In this document: positions 36,872 to 45,196 of the stretch, in pieces
How positions within the stretch are numbered: position 1 is the stretch's first letter
How the letters are laid out: each line of letters begins with the position of its first letter
Virus record (IMG/VR): IMGVR_UViG_3300008255_000127
Direction: 5' to 3' (one strand)
DNA: 64,000 nt
Origin: an uncultured virus (IMG/VR IMGVR_UViG_3300008255_000127)
Taxonomy: Duplodnaviria; Heunggongvirae; Uroviricota; Caudoviricetes
The notes under the pieces: model-generated
What the model was told of the DNA's origin: nothing
Database searches by the model: none
What the model saw: only the letters and a program-made list of their open reading frames with translations
Made by a program: the position numbers and the translations under genes

Positions 36872-37702
36872 CTACCCGAAGAGCGCGGCCTCGGTGACGA
36901 GGTCGCGCTCGGCGGTCGCCGGCAGACCCGCATCGCGCTGGAATGCGAGCAGGGCCTGCTTCGACGCCGACCCCCAATCCCCATCCACCCCGTCGCCGGC
37001 CAGCCCCCAGGTCCCGAGGTCGTAGCCGCGATCGACGAGCGCACGCTGCCAGTCGGAGGCCGATCGGTCGGCGCGCACGGCGTCGCCAGCGGTCTCGCGC
37101 ATGAGCAGCAGGAGCTGCTCGGTGTCCTCGCCCGGGCAGGCAGCCTTGCCGAAGGCGGCGTGCGGCCAGACGTCTCCGGTCGAGAGGTGGCCGACCGCGC
37201 CGAACAGCTCGGCCGGGATGTCGTCGCAGCGCACGGCCCCGGTGAGGTGGCCGATGAGGACCTGCAGGCTCAGGAACTGCTGGAAGGTCGGACGCTGCTC
37301 GGTCCGGTTCCAGCGGCTGCGGAAGGACCCACCCAGCACGATCGCGAGGTAGGTGCTGTTCGCGCGGCCCAGGCCGTCGTCCCGATCCACATCGCCGTCG
37401 CCGTCGGCGTCGGGCACGGTCTTGCCGCCCTGGCTCCACGTCTGCTGATCGAGATCCCAGGCCCACCAGATCGACCCGTCCTTGGGCAGGAAGAAGGTGT
37501 AGGCGAGGCCGGGCATGCCGTCGTCGGACGTGTGGCTCTTGCCCACGTGGTACTCGGCGGTGCGCCGCGGGTCGTCGCCGCCGGCGGTGTGGTGGATCGC
37601 GAAGCCGAGCAGGCGCTCGACCGCTCGCCGGCGCCAGCTCTTGCTCGGGTTGTTCGGCAGGGCCTCGGGGGTGCCGGGCCGGGCGTCGTGGAAGTCGATC
37701 AT
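36872..37702 (-). CDS. Endolysin: N-acetylmuramoyl-L-alanine amidase with C-terminal peptidoglycan-binding domain
   Basis: Amidase motifs IHHTAG, GLAYTF, H….K.ACPG. C-terminal WQ.AL…GYD….GVDGDWG.AS..AL.AFQRD.GL. Confidence 0.9.
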   Translation of the reverse strand: MIDFHDARPGTPEALPNNPSKSWRRRAVERLLGFAIHHTAGGDDPRRTAEYHVGKSHTSDDGMPGLAYTFFLPKDGSIWWAWDLDQQTWSQGGKTVPDADGDGDVDRDDGLGRANSTYLAIVLGGSFRSRWNRTEQRPTFQQFLSLQVLIGHLTGAVRCDDIPAELFGAVGHLSTGDVWPHAAFGKAACPGEDTEQLLLLMRETAGDAVRADRSASDWQRALVDRGYDLGTWGLAGDGVDGDWGSASKQALLAFQRDAGLPATAERDLVTEAALFG

Positions 37703-37742
37703 GGGGAGCCTCCGCTGTGGGTGCGGAGGCGATCTTACCCGA

Positions 37743-38186
37743 TCAGGCGTTCGCCGCGACCTTCGCCTGCCAGCGGGCCTTGTCCATCCAGCGGGGCCGG
37801 CGCCCGTCGTAGAGGCCGTAGGCCGTGTTCCGGTAGACGCAGCCGAAGGCGTCGCCGGGGTTGATGGGCTCGCCCTCGGGCGCGCCGGCCTTGATCGCGG
37901 CCTCGCGGCCCTCGGCGATCATCTCGTAGGTCCGGGCGAGGACCTCGCGCGCCTGCTCGACCGTCAGCTCGACCTCGCCCTGGAAGGGCTCGAGCGTCTC
38001 GGTCCGCATGTTGAAGCGCACCGTGGCGTCGCCGGCGACCGTGGTCATGTAGACCTCGTGGACCTCGCGGAACTCGCCGTCGATCAGCCGGCGGTCGTTG
38101 TAGCTGACCTTGCCGATCCCGTGCGCGATCGCGTGGAAGGTGTGCGGGCGGGCGCGGCGGCTGCGGGTCTTCGTGGAGCGGGTCAT
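37743..38186 (-). CDS. Early hypothetical protein
   Basis: Begins MTRSTKT with a GGGGAGG RBS, downstream of promoter copy 5. Confidence 0.6.
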   Translation of the reverse strand: MTRSTKTRSRRARPHTFHAIAHGIGKVSYNDRRLIDGEFREVHEVYMTTVAGDATVRFNMRTETLEPFQGEVELTVEQAREVLARTYEMIAEGREAAIKAGAPEGEPINPGDAFGCVYRNTAYGLYDGRRPRWMDKARWQAKVAANA

Positions 38187-38238
38187 CGGGGCCTCCCCGG
38201 TTGGTGTGGCTGGGGGCCATCCCCAACCTTCTGTGACC

Positions 38239-38351
38239 ACTTTACCGCCTACCGCGTCAGGCATCCAGAACATTTGACCATGAATCGGCGGAATCTTTCG
38301 CACAGAATCACGTCGATTCGACTGGATGCCTGACGGCGCGTCCGGTAATGT
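38239..38351. promoter_or_regulatory. Divergent pair of promoter/operator elements (copies 5 and 6)
   Basis: Minus strand 38267-38239: TGGATG…TAAAGT. Plus strand 38323-38351: TGGATG-CCTGAC-N5-GTCCGG-TAATGT. Confidence 0.8.
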
Positions 38352-38418
38352 GGTGTCAGAAGGTTGGGGAACGCACCCAACCAGGGGCGATGCGCCCCGA
38401 GCCACCAAGGAGCCGAAC

Positions 38419-38952
38419 ATGACCGCCACCTTCACCAACGAGATGATCGCCGGGCTGGCCCAGGCCCTCACCTTCGAGATCGAGCTGAGCGCCCGGAGCT
38501 GCGGCTGGCTCGACGCCCGGATCGGCGCCCCCGAGGGGACCTGCTACGCCGCCATCAGCACCAGCGAGCTTTGGGAGATCCACCCGGCCTGGGGCGGGAC
38601 CACCCACAAGCCGGTCAGCGGGGCCTACGACGAGGCCGGCGCCCAGCAGGCCGGCGACCTCGCCCGCTCCTTCCCCAGCACCGAGATCCCGGCCTGGAGC
38701 GCCGCGAGCGCCGCCTGGATTCGGGAGCGCGCCCTGCGCTTCGCCACCGCCGGCGAGCTGCCCGGCAGCGAGCGGGCCACCCTCGAGGCCCTCGACGCCG
38801 GCGCCGCGACGGCCGGGCAGATCACCCAGGCCGCCGGGCTCACCCGCGACGCCGCCTGGGGCGCGATCAACCGCCTGCTGCGCAAGGGCCTCGCCCGGCG
38901 CATCGCCCGCGGGACCTACGCCTCCTGCGCCACCGCGGCGCAGGCCGCCTGA
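38419..38952 (+). CDS. Protein with C-terminal winged HTH
   Basis: AAGGAG RBS. LEALDAGAATAGQITQAAGLTRDAAWGAINRLLRKGL.RRIARGTY. Confidence 0.7.
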   Translation: MTATFTNEMIAGLAQALTFEIELSARSCGWLDARIGAPEGTCYAAISTSELWEIHPAWGGTTHKPVSGAYDEAGAQQAGDLARSFPSTEIPAWSAASAAWIRERALRFATAGELPGSERATLEALDAGAATAGQITQAAGLTRDAAWGAINRLLRKGLARRIARGTYASCATAAQAA

Positions 38953-38964
38953 AGGGAGGCGACC

Positions 38965-39927
38965 ATGCCGCGCGGCATCGACCTGACCCCCAGCGCCCGC
39001 ATGACCAAGCGCGAGCGCGAGCGGTTCGCGATCCGAGACCGGAGGCCGCGCGCCTTCGTGATGAACGGCGGGACCGAGACCGCCACCTACGACCTCCGGC
39101 TGCTCTTCGCCCGAGTCGCCGAGCTGGCCACCTTCCAGGCCGCCCTCCGCGCCAAGGGCGCCAAGTACCAGCCCTGGCTCGACCGGGTCAGCCGGTCGAA
39201 GGCGAAACCCGCCCATTGGTACGCGACCGGCGGAGAGAGCACCGGCCGGGTCGTCATCCGGGTCCTCGGGGTCCGGGTCGACCTGCCCACCACCCTGATG
39301 CTGCTCCTCCACGAGATCGCACACGCCTGCGCGAAGCCGGGCACCCAGCACAAGCAGCCCTGGCGCGACCTCTACCTCGAGGCGACGGCCGAGCTGCTCC
39401 CAGGCATCGAGGTCATGGCGCCCGAGGTCGAGGGCCGCTACACCGACAGCACCAAGTACCCCCTCGACTGCGCCGTCCGAGAGGGGATCATCGACTGGCT
39501 CAAGGACGCCCGGGCTCGGGCCGCATTCGACGACTGCCTGCAGCCGGCGGCGCCGGCGAAGAAGACCGCGCCGGCGAAGCGGCTCGACAACGGGCTGACC
39601 TACCAGCCCCAGCCCTTCGACGGCAGCCTGCGCCTCCGGGCCGGCGGCGCAGCCGGACGCGACCTGCTCGACAGCCTCGTCGCGCGCGCCGAAGACCCCG
39701 GGCTGGCCTTCGCCACCCGGAACGCCAAGGTCCGCAAGATCGAGGTGGTCATCGACGTGCCCAACGACGAAGACGCCCTCGACGAGCTGATCCGCATCCT
39801 CGAGACGCTGATCAACTACACCTGGGACGGACACGCCGAGCGCGCCTACCGCCGGCTCCGCAGCCGGGTCATCGACCGGCTCTGCGAGATCAGGGCTGGG
39901 GTCGCCGCTGCGGCCGGCGGCTGCTGA
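38965..39927 (+). CDS. SprT-like HExxH metallopeptidase domain protein
   Basis: Motif LLLHEIAHAC…QH.QPWR. GGGAGG RBS. Confidence 0.65.
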   Translation: MPRGIDLTPSARMTKRERERFAIRDRRPRAFVMNGGTETATYDLRLLFARVAELATFQAALRAKGAKYQPWLDRVSRSKAKPAHWYATGGESTGRVVIRVLGVRVDLPTTLMLLLHEIAHACAKPGTQHKQPWRDLYLEATAELLPGIEVMAPEVEGRYTDSTKYPLDCAVREGIIDWLKDARARAAFDDCLQPAAPAKKTAPAKRLDNGLTYQPQPFDGSLRLRAGGAAGRDLLDSLVARAEDPGLAFATRNAKVRKIEVVIDVPNDEDALDELIRILETLINYTWDGHAERAYRRLRSRVIDRLCEIRAGVAAAAGGC

Positions 39928-39933
39928 CCGGGG

Positions 39934-40575
39934 TCAGCCCGCCGCGCGCGCCTGGACCAGAGCTTGCAACGCAGCGAGGGCCGCCGGCGCCGGCGGCCAG
40001 AGCCCCAGCGCCCCCTTGTGCGGGATCGGATCGGCCAGCTCGAGGGCCTCGTCGAAGACGATCCCCCAGCCACCCATCCACCACACCGAGTCGAGGTGCG
40101 GCCGGACGAGCTTCTCGTCGCCGGCGACGACGGTCCGGCCGGCCCCGATCACACCGATCACGCGCGCCGCGCCGACGATCCCCAGCGGGGTCTCGTCGAG
40201 GGCCTCGCCGGTCTCCGCCTCGATGGAGGCGGCGCCCGATCCGTCCCAGGTCTGCCCGGCGTGGATGCCGAGCCACTGGCCGACCAGCCACGCGCCCGGC
40301 GCGTGCTTCCAGTTGCGGTTCTCGACGTCCTTGCCCAGCCGGACGATCGCGCGCGCCCAGGGTCGGTGCAGCGAGAGGCATCGCTCGACGGTGCCCAGCG
40401 ACCGGCCCGTCTTCGGGTAGCGGCCCGTCGACCGGAGCCACGCCCAGGTCTGGTCCGCGGTCCACCCGGCCGAGATCAACCGCCCGTGGCAGTCGATGAC
40501 GCGCCGGCGCCCATGACCGGCCGGCTCGTGGGTGCAGCCGTAGCGCTCAAGGACCTGGGTCAGCGGCAGGCCCAT
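39934..40575 (-). CDS. ASCH/PUA-like domain protein
   Basis: Motifs LSLHRPWA.AI…GKDVENR.W, IHAG, GIVG and P.PHKGALGLW. Confidence 0.8.
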   Translation of the reverse strand: MGLPLTQVLERYGCTHEPAGHGRRRVIDCHGRLISAGWTADQTWAWLRSTGRYPKTGRSLGTVERCLSLHRPWARAIVRLGKDVENRNWKHAPGAWLVGQWLGIHAGQTWDGSGAASIEAETGEALDETPLGIVGAARVIGVIGAGRTVVAGDEKLVRPHLDSVWWMGGWGIVFDEALELADPIPHKGALGLWPPAPAALAALQALVQARAAG

Positions 40576-41099
40576 CACGGCTCCGGCCCCCACACCATGA
40601 TCAGCGCGTCGTCGCCGCCGGCGTAGGTGCCCTCGACGTGCCACGCCGTCAGCGGGTCGATCGGCCGGCCGCTCGCCTCGAGCACCGAGATCGCCCGGTC
40701 GGTCTCGACGAGCAGGTCGAGGCGATCGACCGAGAGCGCGACGTGCGGGCGCGGGATCACGCAGCCGTCGTCGCCGTCCATCGATCCACCGACCTTCGAG
40801 ACGCCGTCGCCAGAGTCGGTCGGCGTGAAGCCGGCGTCCCACAGCAGCCGGACCAGATCGACGATCCCAGGGTCGAGATCGTCCCAGGGCGGCGGTCGCC
40901 CGATGCCGGCCAGCCGACGGGCATCGGGCAGGTAGCGCTGCCCCTTGGCGAGCAGGTCGGTCAGCCCCGAGATCACCTCGGCGTAGGTCATCGTTCGGCC
41001 GGCCTCCTCGAACCCGTGAGCCGGGTCGTCCCAACTCGCCTCGCCGGCTCGGATCTCGCTGGTCAGGTTGCGGATCGCTCCGCGAACGTCGGTACGCAT
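40575..41099 (-). CDS. Hypothetical protein
   Basis: Contains LDPGI.DLV.LL..AGF.PTDSGDG. Coupled on both sides. Confidence 0.55.
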   Translation of the reverse strand: MRTDVRGAIRNLTSEIRAGEASWDDPAHGFEEAGRTMTYAEVISGLTDLLAKGQRYLPDARRLAGIGRPPPWDDLDPGIVDLVRLLWDAGFTPTDSGDGVSKVGGSMDGDDGCVIPRPHVALSVDRLDLLVETDRAISVLEASGRPIDPLTAWHVEGTYAGGDDALIMVWGPEP

Positions 41100-41734
41100 C
41101 ACGCGACCTCCGGGTAGGCGCGCACATCCAGCTCGGGCCGGAGGTGCTCGAGGTCGTCGTGGGCGACCAGATCGACGCCGCCCTCCAGCTTCATGGTGAT
41201 CGCGCCGCGCTGCTTCACGAAGCAGGCGACCCCCTCGGCGGCGCACGCCTCGACGATGTCGATGGCGTGGCGCTCGTAGAAGGGACGCACCTTCTCGCGC
41301 GCGCCGCTCTCACCGCCGACGATCACCCAGCCGATGCCGTCGCGCAGCACCGCGCGCAGCTCGGTCTGGTCGACCGCGCCGATCAGCGGCTCCATCGAGA
41401 GGAACCGGACCTTCGCAGGCACCTTGTTGAGCGAGGCCGCGCGCCGGAGCCAGTTGCCGTCCTCGACGCTGACCCCCAGCCAGACGTTGTCCCAGCCGTC
41501 GCCCCAGCCGTCGGGCAGGTTCGCCGCGATCCGACCGTGGCGCTTGGTGAGGATCTGGAAGGTCAGCCCGGGGCAGGCCCGGATCACCTCGTAGGCGTCG
41601 GCCCGGAAGGGATCGGCGGCCCGGTGGAACCAGTCGCTCAGCGAGCAGGTGAAGACGAGCCGGCGCTCGCCGGGCTCGAGGTCTCGGTGCCAGCGCATCG
41701 GCGCCCGGAAGGTGCGCTGCGAGGTGCGCGTCAC
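41099..41734 (-). CDS. DUF5131 (phage Gp37/Gp68-like) protein, apparently N-terminally truncated
   Basis: Motifs VFTCSLSDWFH, FQILTKR, NVWLGVSVE, RFLSMEPL, WVIVGGESG and FVKQ.G. Confidence 0.85.
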   Translation of the reverse strand: MTRTSQRTFRAPMRWHRDLEPGERRLVFTCSLSDWFHRAADPFRADAYEVIRACPGLTFQILTKRHGRIAANLPDGWGDGWDNVWLGVSVEDGNWLRRAASLNKVPAKVRFLSMEPLIGAVDQTELRAVLRDGIGWVIVGGESGAREKVRPFYERHAIDIVEACAAEGVACFVKQRGAITMKLEGGVDLVAHDDLEHLRPELDVRAYPEVA

Positions 41735-41766
41735 CGACTCCGGGTCCCGGCCCGCGGGCGCGGCCC

Positions 41767-42846
41767 CTACCAGGGGGCCTCGCCCTCGAAGCGCCGAGCG
41801 CCGCAGTGAGGGCAGCGCCCCTCCAGCCTGCGAACGCTCTCGATCCGGTCGGCTGCGATCTGGAAGGCGATCCCGCTCTCGAGCCGGACCAGCACGGCCT
41901 CGCCGCTCATCTCGATCACGGTCTGCAGGCGCACGTCGGCGGTGCCCGGAAACCCACCCCCTCCAGCCTCGCAGCCCCAGGTCACCCTGACCTCGCGGCC
42001 GGCGTGCGCCATCAGCTCGTCTCGGGTCACCGATCGGCCCCTGTCGCCACCTCGAGCTTCGACCAGTCGTCGGTGGCGCGCCCGGCGGGGAGCCGGGCCA
42101 GCCAGGAGCGGGCGGGCTCGAGGCCCTCGATCACCGCGCGCGCCATCGCGAGGACAACCACCGCGGTCCGCTCGCGCACGTCCATCTTCTCGCGCACGTA
42201 GTCGATCGCGTGCCACGCCTCACCATCGTGCCCGGTGCCACCCCGGGGCAGCACCACCGAGCGCGGCGGCCCGTGGTTGAGCAGGGCCAGCAGCGTCCGG
42301 CCGTCGGGGATCGACACGACGACCACCTCGTAGCGGGTCGCGTCGCCGGGCTCCCAGGTCACCAGCACCGTCGGGTAGATCGCCTGGGTCGGCGGGCGGT
42401 CGCCGATCGCCCCGAGGGGGCCGGCCGGCTCGTCGGCCAGCATCTCCTCGAGGTCGCAGAGCAGGTTGCGCTCGAAGGTCGACATCTCCTCGCCCTCGGC
42501 GTCGATGCTGCGAAGGCTCTCGAGCCACCCCAGCGCTCGCAGGCGCCATCCGTCCACGGTCTTCATCGTCTCGCTCCTCCGGGGCCGGCGGCCCCGCTCG
42601 TCAGCGCGCCTCGGTGTAGGCGCAGATCGTCCCGTCGTAGAAGCCGCTGCCGATCGCCGTCAGCCCGGCGTAGCGCCGGCTCGCCGCGATCGCGTGCGCG
42701 ACCGCCTGCGCCGACTCCTCGTCCAGCTCGCGCTTCAGGTAGCTCGCCCGGCTGGCCACCGCGCGGGCGGCGCGCTGGGCCGCGTCCTCCTCGAGCCCGG
42801 CGTGGCTGTAGAACTCGTCGGCCATCGTGTCGGTGATGCGGCTCAT
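41767..42846 (-). CDS. Three small hypothetical early genes (41767-42030, 42027-42566, 42601-42846)
   Basis: Coupled ORFs with RBSs, downstream of promoter copy 7. Confidence 0.55.
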
Positions 42847-42871
42847 GCTCGGCTCCCTTCGTTCTGAGACC

Positions 42872-42984
42872 ACATTAGCAGACGAAGCGTCCGGCATCCA
42901 GTCGATTCGCACGATCCACCGCAGAAAGATTGTTCGCGAGATGCGTCGATTGTCGTGGATGCCGGGCGCGGTGTCCGGTAATGT
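42872..42984. promoter_or_regulatory. Divergent pair of promoter/operator elements (copies 7 and 8)
   Basis: Minus strand 42900-42872: TGGATG-CCGGAC-N5-GTCTGC-TAATGT. Plus strand 42956-42984: TGGATG-CCGGGC-N5-GTCCGG-TAATGT. Confidence 0.8.
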
Positions 42985-43009
42985 CATCTCAGAACGAACG
43001 GAGAGCACC

Positions 43010-43291
43010 ATGACCCACGACGCGAACAACGAAGCCCTCGACCTCGCCAGCTACCTCCTCAACGAGCTGGGCACCGGCGGCGGGACGATGGATTGCTTCG
43101 ACGACGAGACGATCAGCGAGGCCCTCACGGCGGCGCGCGAGGCCGGCTGGATCTTCGGCGGCGACTGGAGCGGCTACCGGATCACCGCGAAGGGCACCGA
43201 GCACACCGGGGTCGAGGCGGGCACCATCATCAAGGAGACCCGGCCGCACATCCGCGACGCCTGGGCCGAGGCGGTCTTCCGGGGGATCTGA
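43010..43291 (+). CDS. Small hypothetical protein (possible winged helix)
   Basis: Begins MTHDANN with a GGAG RBS. Contains G.I…Y.IT.KG. Confidence 0.6.
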   Translation: MTHDANNEALDLASYLLNELGTGGGTMDCFDDETISEALTAAREAGWIFGGDWSGYRITAKGTEHTGVEAGTIIKETRPHIRDAWAEAVFRGI

Positions 43292-43303
43292 GCGAAGGGG
43301 CCT

Positions 43304-43345
43304 GGAGGGGGCCGGGCCTCCCTGTACAAGAGCCCGGCCCCCTCC
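43304..43345. terminator. Stem-loop between convergent genes
   Basis: 14-bp perfect inverted repeat GGAGGGGGCCGGGC…GCCCGGCCCCCTCC. No strong U-tract. Confidence 0.55.
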
Positions 43346-43405
43346 GGCTTCCCAGCAGGGCGCTGGGATCGGGGAGGGCGATTGCGGCGCCGGCCGGCGC
43401 CCGCG

Positions 43406-43846
43406 TCAGGCCGCGGGTCTGGTCGGCGCCCGCACCTCCCCGGCGGGCGTCGCGGGGTGGATGGGGTCGCCGCGCAGCGTCAGGCGGTCGGGCTCGTTCA
43501 GGCGATCCGGGTCGGGCGCAGGCGGGCTCGACTGATCGGGGCTCGGCACCTCCACGCCGTCGGGCTCGATGAGCACCAGCCCCTGGGCCAGCTCGCAGGC
43601 GGGCTCCACCTCAAGCCGCGCCACCGCGTCCTCGTGGACCTGCACCGCCACCGAGATCAGGTCGTGCACGCCGGCGTCCAGCTCGAGCACCGCGCTGGCG
43701 ACCTCGGGGGCCTCGAGCGCGGCGGTCGCGATGGGCACCTTCTCGGGGGCCGCGGGCTGGTGGATCTCCATCGGGTCGGGGGGCTCGGCCTGGGCCGAGG
43801 GCGCGAGCGCCAGGGCGGCGAGCGCGAGGAGGGCGAGTCGTCTCAT
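43406..43846 (-). CDS. Secreted hypothetical protein
   Basis: Signal peptide MRRLALLALAALALAPSAQA. Confidence 0.6.
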   Translation of the reverse strand: MRRLALLALAALALAPSAQAEPPDPMEIHQPAAPEKVPIATAALEAPEVASAVLELDAGVHDLISVAVQVHEDAVARLEVEPACELAQGLVLIEPDGVEVPSPDQSSPPAPDPDRLNEPDRLTLRGDPIHPATPAGEVRAPTRPAA

Positions 43847-43926
43847 CGGCAGGGTCCTCCTGTGGTTCCGCTCCGGCCTCCGCGGCCGGCATGTTCAGCT
43901 TGGGGCCTCCTCGCCCCGAGCGCAAG

Positions 43927-44322
43927 TCAGTCTTCGGGGTCGACCACCCACTCCGCCTCCTTCACCTCCGCCTTCAGCTCGGCGAGGATCTCGTCGGCGG
44001 CGTGGTGCGGCGGAAGCTCGCCGGCGGCGGCCCGCTCGGCGACGAGGTGCTGGACGTCGCAGTGCCGGCGGATGCCGGAGAGCGCCTCGTGGATGTGCCG
44101 GCCGGCCCGGTCCATCGCGCGCAGCGCGCGGCGCAGGTCGTAGGTCTCGATCGCGAGCACCTTGAGCGCCTGGATCAGTGCGCGCGTCGTCGCCGCGTCC
44201 AGCGGCCCCTCGGCATGCCGGGCGATGCACTCGCGCTCGAACGCCTCGATCAGCTCGGGCCGCTCGGTCTGCAGCCCGGCCTGCAGGAGCAGCAGCGGGT
44301 TGGTCGCCATCTCACCGTCCAT
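43927..44322 (-). CDS. Hypothetical protein
   Basis: 131 aa helical ORF with an RBS. Confidence 0.55.
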   Translation of the reverse strand: MDGEMATNPLLLLQAGLQTERPELIEAFERECIARHAEGPLDAATTRALIQALKVLAIETYDLRRALRAMDRAGRHIHEALSGIRRHCDVQHLVAERAAAGELPPHHAADEILAELKAEVKEAEWVVDPED

Positions 44323-45196
44323 CGGTCACCTCCTCGAGGCCCAGCCGGGCCTGGGTCATCAGGCGCGCCGGCGGCGCGCTCGTCGTCAACCACTCGCTCG
44401 TCGGCCCGAAGCTCCGGGCCTGCCACGCTCCGCCGTCGGGCACATCGGCGTGGTGCCAGCCCCGCCAGGGGATCGGCTCGCCCTCGCTGATCCCGACCAG
44501 CACGCCGGCGACCACCAGCCGGTCGGCGAGCGAGCGCAGGTCGCGGCGGCCCAGCACCGCCGGGCGGTAGCCGGTCGTCCCCTTGTAGGGCGGGTCGATG
44601 TAGGCGCCGGCGCCGGCGCCCAGGTCCAGCTCGGCCTGCTGCAGCGGCCCGCCGATCACCTCGAGCGGCGGCCAGGGCAAGCTGGCGACGCGAAGCACCT
44701 CCGGCGCGATCCGCCAGGGCCGAAGGCGCTCGCCGAAGCTCCCCTTCTCGCGGGCGGTCCGGCTCAGATGGGCGTACCCCTGCCGGCGCCACCGGCCGTC
44801 GATGATCACCACCGGCCGGCCCATCGCGTTGCCATGCTGCAGGGCGAGGAAGACCGCGCAGAAGGCGACCGGGTCTTCGGGCACCGGCTCGTCGCCGATC
44901 GCCTTGAAGAGCGCCGCGCCCTGCTTCTCCGGCCGGCGCCCCAGGGCGCGCAGCGCATCGGCGATCTCGGCGGCGCGGCCGTCGACGATCGCCGTCTGCC
45001 AGAAGGTCGCCCAGGGGCCGGCGTCGGCCATGATGATCCGGTCGGGCATCCGGCCCCGCAGCCGGAGCAGGTCGAGGATCGCGGGCGCGAACCTCCGCTT
45101 CCCCCCCATGTAGGGGGCCGGCGGGCGCGCGGCCGGCCCGCCGATCAGGCGCAGGGTCACCGCACCCGATCCGCAGCAGAGGTCCACGAAGATCAC
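44312..45196 (-). CDS. Amino-DNA methyltransferase, divergent Dam-like
   Basis: Motifs FVDLCCGSGAV, PYMGGKRRFA and AYIDPPY. Probable GTG start. Confidence 0.8.
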   Translation of the reverse strand: MIFVDLCCGSGAVTLRLIGGPAARPPAPYMGGKRRFAPAILDLLRLRGRMPDRIIMADAGPWATFWQTAIVDGRAAEIADALRALGRRPEKQGAALFKAIGDEPVPEDPVAFCAVFLALQHGNAMGRPVVIIDGRWRRQGYAHLSRTAREKGSFGERLRPWRIAPEVLRVASLPWPPLEVIGGPLQQAELDLGAGAGAYIDPPYKGTTGYRPAVLGRRDLRSLADRLVVAGVLVGISEGEPIPWRGWHHADVPDGGAWQARSFGPTSEWLTTSAPPARLMTQARLGLEEVTDGR

